This document shows positions 27,831 to 37,549 of a stretch of 64,000 nt of DNA, piece after piece (the stretch's first letter is position 1; every line of letters begins with the position of its first letter). Origin of the DNA: Fidelibacterota bacterium (GTDB taxonomy: Bacteria > Fidelibacterota > UBA2242 > JAFGTP01); NCBI GenBank assembly GCA_016934035.1, contig JAFGTP010000054.1:90948-154947 (forward strand). Reading direction: 5' to 3'. A model generated the notes under the pieces. That model did no database searches. It worked only from the letters and a program-made list of their open reading frames with translations, and had not been told where the DNA came from. A program made the position numbers and the translations under genes.

Positions 27831-30716
27831 TTAGTTTTTTTCTCCCGTGGTGTCAGCAGCAACCGCATTTTCAAGATTTCTTTTGTAGCGATCGCGCATA
27901 TTTTTGGCCTGTGTATCGTTGGGCTGCTGTTCGAGCCAGACATCCAAAAGGTCGACTGCCTTCCGATACTCCTGGGTCCTTTCATAGCCATGGACCAGGA
28001 GACTGAAAATATTCGGGTTATTCGGGTCTGTGAGTTTCATGTCTTCCAAAATTCCGATTCCGATTTCCGGATTATCTGTTTCCGTGATATAATACTGGCA
28101 ATATTCGATAATTTTTTCTTTATTGTTGTCTTTTTGGGCTTTTGCCATCAAAATTTCCAGCCGTTTTTCCAGGGGCAGTGGTTTTTTGATTTGCGCCTCC
28201 ACTTCTTCGGGCCGGTTCTGGTTCATCAGTCCGGCTCTTTTCTGGGCCTGGTTGTAGAGCATACCCAACTGCAGATAAACACGTTCATTTTCAATGGGAA
28301 GGGTTTCTTCCGGTATGAATTTTTCCATGGTTTCCATGGTTTCCATGGCATCCAGAAATTTTTGTGAAGTCATCTGGTTGATGGCCAGCTGGAAAAAACT
28401 TGAACGGTAGTTCCCAATGAGTTTCTGAATATTGGGATTGAAATAAACATCGGGATTGTCCAGGTTTCTGTAGCGGTATACTTCCGTTATATTTTTCCTC
28501 ATTCGCTCCACATCAATTTTTGTTTTCACTTTTTCAGGATACAATCTCCAGCCCAGACCTTCCATCATCATGTAATCTTCAAGGCCCAGAAGGTTGTCAC
28601 TGGATACAGTCACCGCAAAATATACGGGGCGTTTCCAATCATTATTTTGAAGAATTTGCAGGATCATCAGGTCCTGAACGCGCAGTCCGCGTCCGGCAAT
28701 CGTCGGCTCCAGCTTCCAGCTCAGGGGCTTGATGTCTGTACCTGCCGGCGGTTTTATTTCTACATTTTGAGCTTTCCAGGGAATTACCGTAATCCGGTCT
28801 ATTTGTGAGTCTGTCAGATTTCCGATATTGATTTTCGGTTCATGGGTTTGCAATTGTTTTATATACCAGTTGGTGTTCAGCAGACTCAGATTGATTACCC
28901 GGACATCGAGACGCACACCTTCTACTTCCTGCAGGTACCAGAGAGGAAAAGTATCATTGTCACCATTAGTAAAAATAATCGCATCTTTTTCACAGGTATT
29001 TAAAATGTTGTAGGAATAATCCGAGGCCACATAATTTCCCCAGCGGTTGTGTTCATGGTAATTGGCTATCAGCACATTGACCGGAAGGGCAACGATCAGA
29101 AGAACAGTGGCGGCCCAGGTCAAACTGTGACGGATATTTTCTTTTTTTACTTTTGTAACAGCATCCAACAGGGCCGCTGCTCCAATCCCGATCCAGATTG
29201 CAAAGGCGAAAAAAGAGCCTACGTAAGAATAATCCCGCTCCCTGGGCTGAGGATCCGGCTGGTTCAGATAGAGTACGATCATAAAGCCGGTGAAGATGAA
29301 TAATGCCAGCACGCTAAGGGCTTTGTGCCTGTCCCGCTGAAAATGGGTCAGCATGCCAAAAATTCCCAGTAAAAACGGAAAGGGCAGAAGGAACTGGAAA
29401 ATATCCACGCTTTCATCATTTCTGCCAATAAATTGCCAGTTAAAATAGCGAATGTACATCTTTTTCACCTGGTAATTCCAGAAATAATACAATGCACTTT
29501 TGCCTTTATATTTGTGGGCCGCTTCAGGTTTCCAGACTTTTCTGTCCAGAATGTCGCTGAAAGAGCGCCGGCCATATTGTTCACGTTCCAGGTAGGAAAT
29601 GGCATTTTCAATGGTTTCAGGATCATTTTCATCAATTCTGGGGTTTTGTTTGCTTCGAACAAAAATGGAAACATAGGTGGAATATCCGATCATGATCAAA
29701 ACCAGGGACATCAATGTAATCGAAAGGATGTTCTTTTTATTTTTTACTGACCAGGCAATCGATGCAAATATCAGCAATATGAAAAGCGGAATTGAAAAAA
29801 GCCCCAGTTTGTCGGCCATTTTCGGAATACCTCTTATGACAGCATTGTTGACGATCAAAAAGGCCAGAGATGCGACAACACTCATTGCAACATTATGAAC
29901 GTGTTCGATTAATCGCTGTGAAGTCGATAATTTCCAGATTCCCAAATATATTGCTGCAAATACGCCAAGGGTCAGCAGGGCAACGGCATTGAAGGATTCG
30001 ACTGAGGAACTGAAGACAAGGTATAAAATGCTGACCACAGCGACTCCGATGACTAAATCCATTACAAGCCACCAGGTGTTCAAATTGGGTTTTCTCTTAA
30101 AATAGATAATCAGGGCAATAAAGAAAATCGCCAGCAGATTCAGTAGGTGGATACCAATAGCCAAGCCCATTATATAAGCGATGATCAGAATATATCGTTC
30201 GTGTCCTTTGGTTTCAGACTGTTCTTCCCATTTGAGAATCAGCCAAACGACGATGGAAGTCAGGAAGGTTGAAAAAGCGTAGACCTCGGCTTCCACGGCA
30301 TTGAACCAGTGACTGTCAGTAAAAGCAAAGGTCATGGCCCCCACAAAGGCACCGCCAAAAACCACCAGGTCATTGAGTCTGGAATTGCCGGTTTCCCATT
30401 TTTTGAGCAATTGCGCAATGATCAGAAACAAAAACATGACGGAAAGAGCGCTAACGAGGGGAGACATTAGGTTCACACGGTAGGCAATGTCACTACCGAT
30501 TGGCAGCATTGAAAAAAACCTGCCGATCAACAAAAACAACGGGCTTCCAGGCGGATGGGGCACACCCAGAGTGTGGGAGGTTGCAATAAATTCACCGCAA
30601 TCCCAGAAGGAAACCGTCGGTGCAACCGTCATGACATAGACAACCAGACTGAGAAAAAAGGTCAGCAGGGTCAAGATCAGTTTCAATTTTTTCTTTTTAA
30701 CAAAATCCATATCCAA
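27831..30716 (-). CDS. Large polytopic membrane protein, DUF2723 / GT-C-fold (PMT/ArnT-like) glycosyltransferase candidate, with a C-terminal TPR-like region
   Basis: N-terminal 'SFWDCGEFIATSHTLGVPHPPGSPLF' is followed by more than 10 hydrophobic helices. The soluble C-terminal ~350 aa are helical-repeat-like. Confidence 0.7.
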   Translation of the reverse strand: MDMDFVKKKKLKLILTLLTFFLSLVVYVMTVAPTVSFWDCGEFIATSHTLGVPHPPGSPLFLLIGRFFSMLPIGSDIAYRVNLMSPLVSALSVMFLFLIIAQLLKKWETGNSRLNDLVVFGGAFVGAMTFAFTDSHWFNAVEAEVYAFSTFLTSIVVWLILKWEEQSETKGHERYILIIAYIMGLAIGIHLLNLLAIFFIALIIYFKRKPNLNTWWLVMDLVIGVAVVSILYLVFSSSVESFNAVALLTLGVFAAIYLGIWKLSTSQRLIEHVHNVAMSVVASLAFLIVNNAVIRGIPKMADKLGLFSIPLFILLIFASIAWSVKNKKNILSITLMSLVLIMIGYSTYVSIFVRSKQNPRIDENDPETIENAISYLEREQYGRRSFSDILDRKVWKPEAAHKYKGKSALYYFWNYQVKKMYIRYFNWQFIGRNDESVDIFQFLLPFPFLLGIFGMLTHFQRDRHKALSVLALFIFTGFMIVLYLNQPDPQPRERDYSYVGSFFAFAIWIGIGAAALLDAVTKVKKENIRHSLTWAATVLLIVALPVNVLIANYHEHNRWGNYVASDYSYNILNTCEKDAIIFTNGDNDTFPLWYLQEVEGVRLDVRVINLSLLNTNWYIKQLQTHEPKINIGNLTDSQIDRITVIPWKAQNVEIKPPAGTDIKPLSWKLEPTIAGRGLRVQDLMILQILQNNDWKRPVYFAVTVSSDNLLGLEDYMMMEGLGWRLYPEKVKTKIDVERMRKNITEVYRYRNLDNPDVYFNPNIQKLIGNYRSSFFQLAINQMTSQKFLDAMETMETMEKFIPEETLPIENERVYLQLGMLYNQAQKRAGLMNQNRPEEVEAQIKKPLPLEKRLEILMAKAQKDNNKEKIIEYCQYYITETDNPEIGIGILEDMKLTDPNNPNIFSLLVHGYERTQEYRKAVDLLDVWLEQQPNDTQAKNMRDRYKRNLENAVAADTTGEKN

Positions 30717-30734
30717 TTCCTTATGATATATTTT

Positions 30735-30992
30735 TTAATTATCGCTGATTTTTACAAAAAGCCTTTTTAAATGCGTCAAATATTTCCGCAACAGGTCCTG
30801 CTCGCTTTTGGACAAATTTCCATGGGTTTTATCCCGAATCATCTCCAGCATTTTGATGCTGTAAGCAGCCTGATTGAGATTTACTTCCTTTTTACCCGTC
30901 AGGGGGTTTGTCTGTTCCCCCAAATTGATCATTCCATTGGCCACAAAGGATTTTAACAGCCCTGTAAACATGATTTCTGATTCTGTGCTCAA
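30735..30992 (-). CDS. DUF1844-like small protein
   Basis: It is 85 aa. 'FTGLLKSFVANGMINLGE...NPLTGKKEVNLNQAAYSIKMLEMIRDKTHGNLSKSEQDLL' matches the pattern I recall for DUF1844. Confidence 0.55.
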   Translation of the reverse strand: MSTESEIMFTGLLKSFVANGMINLGEQTNPLTGKKEVNLNQAAYSIKMLEMIRDKTHGNLSKSEQDLLRKYLTHLKRLFVKISDN

Positions 30993-31004
30993 AAGAAAAC
31001 CCCT

Positions 31005-33113
31005 CTATAAAATCTCCAAAAATTCAAGATATTCCGAATAGTATTTAAGAAGATGTTCCCGGACTGGCTGATTATGTTTTCTTCTTAAATGAGTATCCTC
31101 ATCGATCAGTTTTCTGGCTTCGCTTCGGGCCAGAAGCATGATTTTTTTATCTTCAATGACATCAGCGATTTTCATTTTGGGAAAACCACTCTGTTTTGTT
31201 CCGTACAACTCGCCGGGCCCACGTAATTTAAGGTCTTCCTCCGATATTTCAAAACCGTTAGTTGTATTGGTCAAAATTTCCATTCGAAAACCGGATTTCT
31301 GTGAAGAATTTCTTTCCACCAGGACGCAGATGCCATCTTTTCCACCCCGTCCGATTCTGCCTCGCAACTGATGGATTTGCGTGAGGCCAAAGCGTTCTGC
31401 ATTTTCAATGATCATCATGGTGGCGTTGGGATTGTCCACACCCACCTCTATGACTGTGGTACTGACCAATATCTGCACGGCACCGGCTTTGAACCGGTTC
31501 ATGACTTCATCTTTTTCCTGGCTTTTCATTCCTCCATGCACCAAGGCCAGGGAAAATTCCGGAAAGACTTTTTGGGATAAATATTGAAACCCTTCCACAG
31601 CCGCCTGCAGGTCCATTTTTTTAGATTTCTCAATCAGCGGATATACGATGTAAGCCTGTCCCCCGGCTTTGATTTGTTTTCGGGTATAGTCGTAGATACT
31701 TTCTATATCTGATTTTTGGACGATTCGGGTAGTGACTTTTCCACGTCCTTGGGGGTATTCATCAATTATGGAAACGTCCATATCTCCGAACACTGTCATG
31801 CTCATGGTTCTTGGAATAGGTGTGGCGGTCATGACCAGCACATCGGGGTTCATTCCTTTTTTGATGATTTTGCCTCTCTGTTCGACACCAAACCGATGTT
31901 GTTCATCAATGATGACCAGGGCCAGCCTGTCCATAACAACATTGTCCTGGATCAGGGCATGAGTACCTACAATCAGGTGGCTTTCGCCGGATTCAATTTC
32001 CTGAAGGATTTCATCCCGTTCTTTTTTGCGCTGCCCCCCAATCAACAGGGAAACTTTTATTCCGGCAGGTCTGCCCAGTTCCTGCAATGTCTTAAAATGC
32101 TGGCGTGCCAGGATTTCCGTGGGCGCCATCAGTGCCGCCTGAAAGCCTGAAGAAATGGCAATGCTGGAGACCAGCAGTGCAACCACTGTTTTTCCCGAAC
32201 CCACATCGCCTTGCAAAAGGCGGTTCATCACCACCGGCTTTTTCATGTCATTCCAGATTTCTTTGATCACTTTTTTCTGAGCACTGGTCAGGTCAAAGGG
32301 CAATTTTTCATAGATTTTGCGTAATTTTTCGCCGGCCCCGTCATAACGGAATTTTTTGTGGATGGATTTGATACCTTTGGCCTTTACAGCCATAATCAAC
32401 TGAAGATAAAACAGTTCTTCAAATTTAAAGCGGGTTCTCGCCCGCAGCAGTTGATTATTGTCATCGGGAAAATGAATTTGTCGCAAGGCTTCATCGACAG
32501 GTAGAATTTTGTACTGCTCCAGCAACTCTGCCGGCAGGATTTCCGGAACCTGGAGGGTGTATTCCTGAAAAATTTTGGCCATGATTCGCCTCAGCCCACG
32601 TGTGTCTAGCCCCTTGTTTTTCATTTCAGCAGAACTGGAGTACAAAGGAATGATTCTGCCGGTGTTCTGGCCACTATATTCCTCCTGGTCCAGTTTGTCA
32701 TAGTCAGGATGGACGAACTGGATACCATACCTGAATTCCGGTTTGCCGCTAATGGCGACAAGGTCACCGGTTTCAAATACTTTCTGAATGTATCGGATAC
32801 CGTTGAACCAGGTACATTTGACCGTCCCCGAACCATCCGTGATGAGCAATTGGTAAAAAGCCCGGTTGCCTCTGCGTACTAATTCACCTGAAAGCACTTT
32901 TCCGATTACCGTAACCTCAAGGTCCTGATAGGTGGTATTTAAATCCACGATTCTGCATACGGTGGAACGGTCCAGATAGCGTCTTGGAAAATTATAGAGC
33001 AGGTCATACATACTGTTGATCTCTTCGGCAGCCAGTGCAGCTGCCCGACGGGGACCAATACCTTTGATGTATTGCAGGTCGGAATTAAAGTTTAAATATT
33101 GATCTCCACTCAC
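31005..33113 (-). CDS. recG: ATP-dependent DNA helicase RecG
   Basis: It has a wedge/OB N-terminal region. Helicase motifs are present: 'LLQGDVGSGKT', 'IIDEQHRFG', 'MTATPIPRT' and 'QLRGRIGRG'. Confidence 0.92.
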   Translation of the reverse strand: MSGDQYLNFNSDLQYIKGIGPRRAAALAAEEINSMYDLLYNFPRRYLDRSTVCRIVDLNTTYQDLEVTVIGKVLSGELVRRGNRAFYQLLITDGSGTVKCTWFNGIRYIQKVFETGDLVAISGKPEFRYGIQFVHPDYDKLDQEEYSGQNTGRIIPLYSSSAEMKNKGLDTRGLRRIMAKIFQEYTLQVPEILPAELLEQYKILPVDEALRQIHFPDDNNQLLRARTRFKFEELFYLQLIMAVKAKGIKSIHKKFRYDGAGEKLRKIYEKLPFDLTSAQKKVIKEIWNDMKKPVVMNRLLQGDVGSGKTVVALLVSSIAISSGFQAALMAPTEILARQHFKTLQELGRPAGIKVSLLIGGQRKKERDEILQEIESGESHLIVGTHALIQDNVVMDRLALVIIDEQHRFGVEQRGKIIKKGMNPDVLVMTATPIPRTMSMTVFGDMDVSIIDEYPQGRGKVTTRIVQKSDIESIYDYTRKQIKAGGQAYIVYPLIEKSKKMDLQAAVEGFQYLSQKVFPEFSLALVHGGMKSQEKDEVMNRFKAGAVQILVSTTVIEVGVDNPNATMMIIENAERFGLTQIHQLRGRIGRGGKDGICVLVERNSSQKSGFRMEILTNTTNGFEISEEDLKLRGPGELYGTKQSGFPKMKIADVIEDKKIMLLARSEARKLIDEDTHLRRKHNQPVREHLLKYYSEYLEFLEIL

Positions 33114-33171
33114 GTTTTAACTCTTTGCAGCAAGCCCCAGGGATTTTAAATATGATTGTCTCCCGTTTATT

Positions 33172-34542
33172 TTACCAGTTGCGCCGAAAGGTGTATTCTA
33201 TGACTTTCTCTGAGTTCGGGCCCAGATCAAAAGCAAACTGTAACTCGGCATTGGATATCTTTTTGTAGCTATCGGTAGAATTCAAAACCTCCCAGTCATT
33301 GCTGTGCATTTCTTTGGCAATGACGGCTATTTTTTCATCTTTGCTATTTCTGATTTTTAGTCTGACGCGGACCTCTTCGGACCGGTTGAACTGTTTGCGG
33401 TCCATGATTCGGCGTTCACCTTTGACATCAAAGGCTTTCCCCACGGTCAGTTTCAGAGTGTCATTTTTTGAAGTATGCCGAATATTGTCTTCTCCGACCA
33501 TTTGTAAGGTCTGGTCAGTATCTTCCTTGAAAATTCGCACGATTCCCATCGGCAATGGAAGACCCAGATTGTTTTCTTTGCGATTGGAAATATTGATCCA
33601 GACATCCAGCGGACGATCACTGTCTGCGTAATTGTAATTGGAAAAAATATATTTCTTGTCCACTCTGCAATAAAGGTCATCAAACATGGATACCTGTTTG
33701 ATCTCTTTGTCTTTCAGGTCGACCTTGCGCTGTAATTCATAGAGGTGGTAATCCATGATCTCTCGTTCTTCGAAATTGACCGCTTCATCGGCCATGGCAG
33801 CAAAGGCCATTGATTTTTCAACTCGCGGCATTTGTGGCAGCTGGGGTGCAGCGCGATTGATTTCACCGGCGATGAGTTTTAAGTTTGCCTCTATAAAGGA
33901 TGCGCCTGAATGATTCTCCAAAGAGACCCAGGAGGAAAGGGAGCCCTTTTCATCCTTTTGATCCAGAATTAAAATATATTCGGCATGCCAGCTCATTCCG
34001 CTGGTGAGATAGCTGAGTTTGGCGTCGGTTTCACCGGCAAAGCCGGATTTCAACTGCCATTGCAAAGTCGGTTTCAATATCAAACCGCCCGGAAGTTCCG
34101 GAAAATTGTAATCAAAAATCTCTTTGCGGTTAATAATGCGAATTCCGCCATCAGAATTTCTTACAATCAGATTGTTCCCTTCCATACTCAACAGGTCAGC
34201 AGTAAAGGCATGTCCGCCAATGGTAAAACAGGTGATCTTTTCACCGATGTATTTCTGAAAAATTTTGTCGGAATTTACGAGATCATAGAGATAGTTTTGC
34301 TCCAGGACCTGGATTTTGGATTTTTCCTGCGGAAATGATAAATGCACAGTTGTGGGATCAACCTGCGCTGAAATACCTTCGATTTTAAAAAGATCATGCC
34401 CCTGGTTGATCTCAACATTCATGACCTGCTGGACCAATCCCAGGTTGTGGTTATAAACAGTGATATGGGTTTCTTTGATTTCGCTAGCGCCCAGCAACAG
34501 GGGAAGGGTTAAAAGAAGAATTTTTTTTGGGATTGATGACAT
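33172..34542 (-). CDS. Secreted protein, DUF4139-like (tentative)
   Basis: It has a signal peptide, is beta-rich and is 456 aa long. Its overall pattern resembles DUF4139/MuiA-family proteins. I saw no catalytic motif. Confidence 0.4.
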   Translation of the reverse strand: MSSIPKKILLLTLPLLLGASEIKETHITVYNHNLGLVQQVMNVEINQGHDLFKIEGISAQVDPTTVHLSFPQEKSKIQVLEQNYLYDLVNSDKIFQKYIGEKITCFTIGGHAFTADLLSMEGNNLIVRNSDGGIRIINRKEIFDYNFPELPGGLILKPTLQWQLKSGFAGETDAKLSYLTSGMSWHAEYILILDQKDEKGSLSSWVSLENHSGASFIEANLKLIAGEINRAAPQLPQMPRVEKSMAFAAMADEAVNFEEREIMDYHLYELQRKVDLKDKEIKQVSMFDDLYCRVDKKYIFSNYNYADSDRPLDVWINISNRKENNLGLPLPMGIVRIFKEDTDQTLQMVGEDNIRHTSKNDTLKLTVGKAFDVKGERRIMDRKQFNRSEEVRVRLKIRNSKDEKIAVIAKEMHSNDWEVLNSTDSYKKISNAELQFAFDLGPNSEKVIEYTFRRNW

Positions 34543-34624
34543 TATTGCCTCCGTACTTTTCTATGGTAAATATAATAAAAGCTTTACGGAAATAAAGGCA
34601 GAAAGTTTCATTAATTGTTCATTC

Positions 34625-34657
34625 CGTAAAAAAGCCTCCCGGAAAATGAGAGGCTTT
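34625..34657 (-). terminator. Rho-independent terminator after valS
   Basis: The stem is AAAGCCTC / GAGGCTTT with an 11-nt loop. On the minus strand the hairpin runs into a T6 tract. Confidence 0.7.
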
Positions 34658-34707
34658 TATAATCGGTGTTCTTCAACAGAAATTTGAACACAAGTTGGCG
34701 TTAATAA

Positions 34708-37371
34708 CTATTCAAACATTGCTTTAAAATTGTCTTCCAGTTTTTTTAACTCAGCTTTGTATTTGGTTTCTTTGTATCTTTCATTTTCCACCACTTCTTT
34801 GGGTGCGCGTTTCACGAAATTGTGGTTTTTCAGTTTTCCCTGAACTGCCTGCAAACGGCCTTTGAGCCCGTTGATCTCTTTTTCCAACCTGGCTTTTTCA
34901 GCATCCAAGTCAATCAGACCTTCAAGAGGCACAAAAAGCTCTGTATTATCGATAACCAGAGCAGATGAGGCCTTGGGTTTGGCCAGATCGGCATCAATGG
35001 CAATGTCTTCAACTCCGGCCAGGCTCTTGATATTCAGGGCCAATTCCGGAATATTGAGAATTTTTACAACGCGTTTACTGTCGTCACCCTTGACCAGTAA
35101 TTTCAACTTTTTGGAGGGGGCGACATTCAGTTCCGCGCGAACAGTCCGGATTGAAGTAATAATTTCCTGCAGGGTAATAAACTCATTGACAATTTCGTCG
35201 TTGGTCAGAGAAGGGTCGATTTCCGGCCAGCTAGAGACAATCAGGTCCGGTTCTGTAGAATCTTTGATTTTCTGATATATTTCTTCGGAAATAAAAGGTG
35301 CATAGGGGTGCAGCAGCTTCAGAATATTTTTCAGCATGAAGACTGCGATTTTCAAGGTTTCAACTTTGCCTTCGGGAGTATTTTTGTACAACCGGTCTTT
35401 CATCATTTCAATATACCAGTCACAGAAATCGCTCCACACAAAATCATATATATCCCGGGCAATTTCGTCAAACCGATACCCTGCAAAATGTTTTTCTATC
35501 CTGACAATGGTTTGGCTCAGTTTGCCAATGATCCATTTGTCTGCCAGGGTGAGGTTTGCGGAGCGGGGGTCCAATTTTTCCGCAAAGATCCCATCATCTT
35601 CCACATTCATCAGGATAAAACGGGAAGCATTCCAGACTTTATTCATAAAATTACGTCCGACTTCCAGACGTTTTTCTGCAAACATGATATCCTGCCCCTG
35701 GGGCGCAATCAGCATAACACCAAAACGCAGGGCATCAGCCCCGTAATTGTCAATCAGGACCAGGGGGTCCGGCGAATTACCCAGTGATTTGCTCATTTTG
35801 CGACCGAGTTCGTCGCGAATAATACCGGTGAAGTATACGTTTTTAAAGGGTACCTTGCCGGTGAATTCCAGGCTGGCCATGATCATTCTGGCCACCCAGA
35901 AAAAAATGATGTCCGGCGCCGTGACCAGATCATCTGTCGGAAAGAAATTTTTAAAATCATCGGTCTGATGGGGCCAGCCCATGGTAGAAAAAGGCCATAG
36001 CCAGGAGCTAAACCAGGTATCCAGAACATCCGTGTCCTGGCGGGTTTCTGCGCCGCAGGTCGGACATACATGGATGTCTTCCATGGTGGCATCCATCCAG
36101 CCGCAGGCATCACAATAAAAGACAGGAATCCGATGTCCCCACCACAGTTGCCGGGAAATACACCAATCCTGAATATTGGTCAGCCAGTGGTTGTAGGTTT
36201 TGACCCAGCGTTCCGGGTAAAAGTTGATTTCCCCTTTTTCAACAACTTCCAGGGCAGGTTTCGCCAGGGGAGCCATTTTGACAAACCATTGGGATGACAA
36301 ATAAGGCTCAATCATCACATCAGCCCGCTCACTAAAACCGACTTTATGAACATGGTTTTCAATTTTTTCCAGCAATCCCAGGGTTTCCATTTTTTTTACC
36401 ACCAGTTTGCGGGCTTCAAAGCGGTCCATGCCGACAAATTCTTCGCCGGCCTCTTCATTCAGTGTCGCATTGGTATTCATAATATTGATTTGGGGCAAAT
36501 TATGCCTTTCGCCCATGCCATAGTCATTGGGATCATGGGCCGGTGTGACCTTGACGCAGCCGGTTCCGAACTCGGGGTCTACGAAATCATCGGCAATGAC
36601 CGGAATTTCACGGTTTTGGATCGGCAGGATGAGGATCTTTCCAACCAAATGTTGATAGCGCTTATCATTGGGGTTCACGGCTACGGCCGTGTCTCCCAGC
36701 ATGGTTTCCGGGCGCGTAGTGGCAATGATAACAAATTCACTGCTGCCCTTGACCGGGTATTTAAAATACCATAATTGTCCTTGTTTTTCTTTGTAAATCA
36801 CCTCTTCGTTGGAAAGGGCTGTTTGGGAAACCGGGCACCAGTTGATGATGCGGCGGCCACGATAGATGAGCCCTTTTTGGTAAAGTTCAACAAAAACTTT
36901 GCGAACGGCATGAGACAGCCCGTCATCCAGTGTGAATCGTTCCCGTGTCCTGTCAAAGGAACTGCCCAGTTCTTCCAGTTGGTTGAAGATAATGGATTTA
37001 TGTCTGTTGGCCCAGTCCCAGACCAGTTCCACGAATTTTTCCCGGCCGTAATCGTAGCGGCTTTTGCCTTCTTTACGAATCATTTTTTCAACGACATTTT
37101 GGGTGGCAATTCCGGCATGGTCCGTACCGGGCAGCCAGAGGGTCTTTTTGCCCTGCATACGGGCATGACGAACCAGAATATCCTGTAAAGTATTATTCAA
37201 TACATGACCCATGGTGAGAATTCCGGTGACATTGGGCGGTGGAATGGTAATAACAAAAGAATCTGTGTCATTTTTTTTCGCAGGCTGAAAGTAACCTTTT
37301 TCCTGCCAGTGCCTGTACCATTTTTTCTCTACATTTTTCGGGTCATATACTTTATCCAGTTGTGCAGTCAC
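34708..37371 (-). CDS. valS: Valine--tRNA ligase
   Basis: Class I motifs are present: 'PPPNVTGILTMGHV' (HIGH-type) and 'KMSKSLGN' (KMSKS), plus a C-terminal coiled coil. I prefer the GTG start at 37371, which has GAAAGG 6 nt upstream and gives MTAQLDKVYDP. Alternative starts are ATG 37395 and TTG 37455. Confidence 0.93.
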   Translation of the reverse strand: MTAQLDKVYDPKNVEKKWYRHWQEKGYFQPAKKNDTDSFVITIPPPNVTGILTMGHVLNNTLQDILVRHARMQGKKTLWLPGTDHAGIATQNVVEKMIRKEGKSRYDYGREKFVELVWDWANRHKSIIFNQLEELGSSFDRTRERFTLDDGLSHAVRKVFVELYQKGLIYRGRRIINWCPVSQTALSNEEVIYKEKQGQLWYFKYPVKGSSEFVIIATTRPETMLGDTAVAVNPNDKRYQHLVGKILILPIQNREIPVIADDFVDPEFGTGCVKVTPAHDPNDYGMGERHNLPQINIMNTNATLNEEAGEEFVGMDRFEARKLVVKKMETLGLLEKIENHVHKVGFSERADVMIEPYLSSQWFVKMAPLAKPALEVVEKGEINFYPERWVKTYNHWLTNIQDWCISRQLWWGHRIPVFYCDACGWMDATMEDIHVCPTCGAETRQDTDVLDTWFSSWLWPFSTMGWPHQTDDFKNFFPTDDLVTAPDIIFFWVARMIMASLEFTGKVPFKNVYFTGIIRDELGRKMSKSLGNSPDPLVLIDNYGADALRFGVMLIAPQGQDIMFAEKRLEVGRNFMNKVWNASRFILMNVEDDGIFAEKLDPRSANLTLADKWIIGKLSQTIVRIEKHFAGYRFDEIARDIYDFVWSDFCDWYIEMMKDRLYKNTPEGKVETLKIAVFMLKNILKLLHPYAPFISEEIYQKIKDSTEPDLIVSSWPEIDPSLTNDEIVNEFITLQEIITSIRTVRAELNVAPSKKLKLLVKGDDSKRVVKILNIPELALNIKSLAGVEDIAIDADLAKPKASSALVIDNTELFVPLEGLIDLDAEKARLEKEINGLKGRLQAVQGKLKNHNFVKRAPKEVVENERYKETKYKAELKKLEDNFKAMFE

Positions 37372-37495
37372 AATATACCTTTCTTTTATTAGCATAACAT
37401 TTCTGTCGCCAAAAACGACAGAGTGAAATTTGTGTATATTCTTGATTAAATGCAACTAATATATTGGGAAGGAGGTAGTACCTTTCTAACGATAG

Positions 37496-37533
37496 AAAAA
37501 AAAATCCTTGCAGATAACTTCAATCTGCAAGGA
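37496..37533 (-). terminator. Rho-independent terminator after the deoxyhypusine-synthase-like gene
   Basis: A perfect 11-bp stem, TCCTTGCAGAT / ATCTGCAAGGA, with a 7-nt loop. A T9 tract follows on the minus strand. Confidence 0.8.
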
Positions 37534-37549
37534 ATGAAACCTTTAAAAA

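Noticed and set aside
31716-32150. 144-aa antisense ORF in recG (and the similar 153-aa ORF at 45579-46040 in priA)
   Set aside because: The reasoning is the same. The host genes have complete helicase motif sets. The antisense products are His/Gly/Phe-rich and show no motif.
34862-37188. Chain of five 136-159-aa plus-strand ORFs across valS
   Set aside because: All of them are antisense to valS, which carries intact HIGH-type and KMSKS motifs along its full length. They are broken up and in different frames, which fits frame-shadow artefacts rather than an overlapping gene.
37372-37455. Longer valS N-terminus (TTG 37455 or ATG 37395), or a T-box leader
   Set aside because: The extra residues (MHLIKNIHKFHSVVFGDRNV...) have no counterpart in the ValS N-termini I know. 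Only the GTG at 37371 has a nearby purine-rich RBS. The 94-nt upstream region is mostly taken up by the preceding terminator, which leaves too little room for a T-box.
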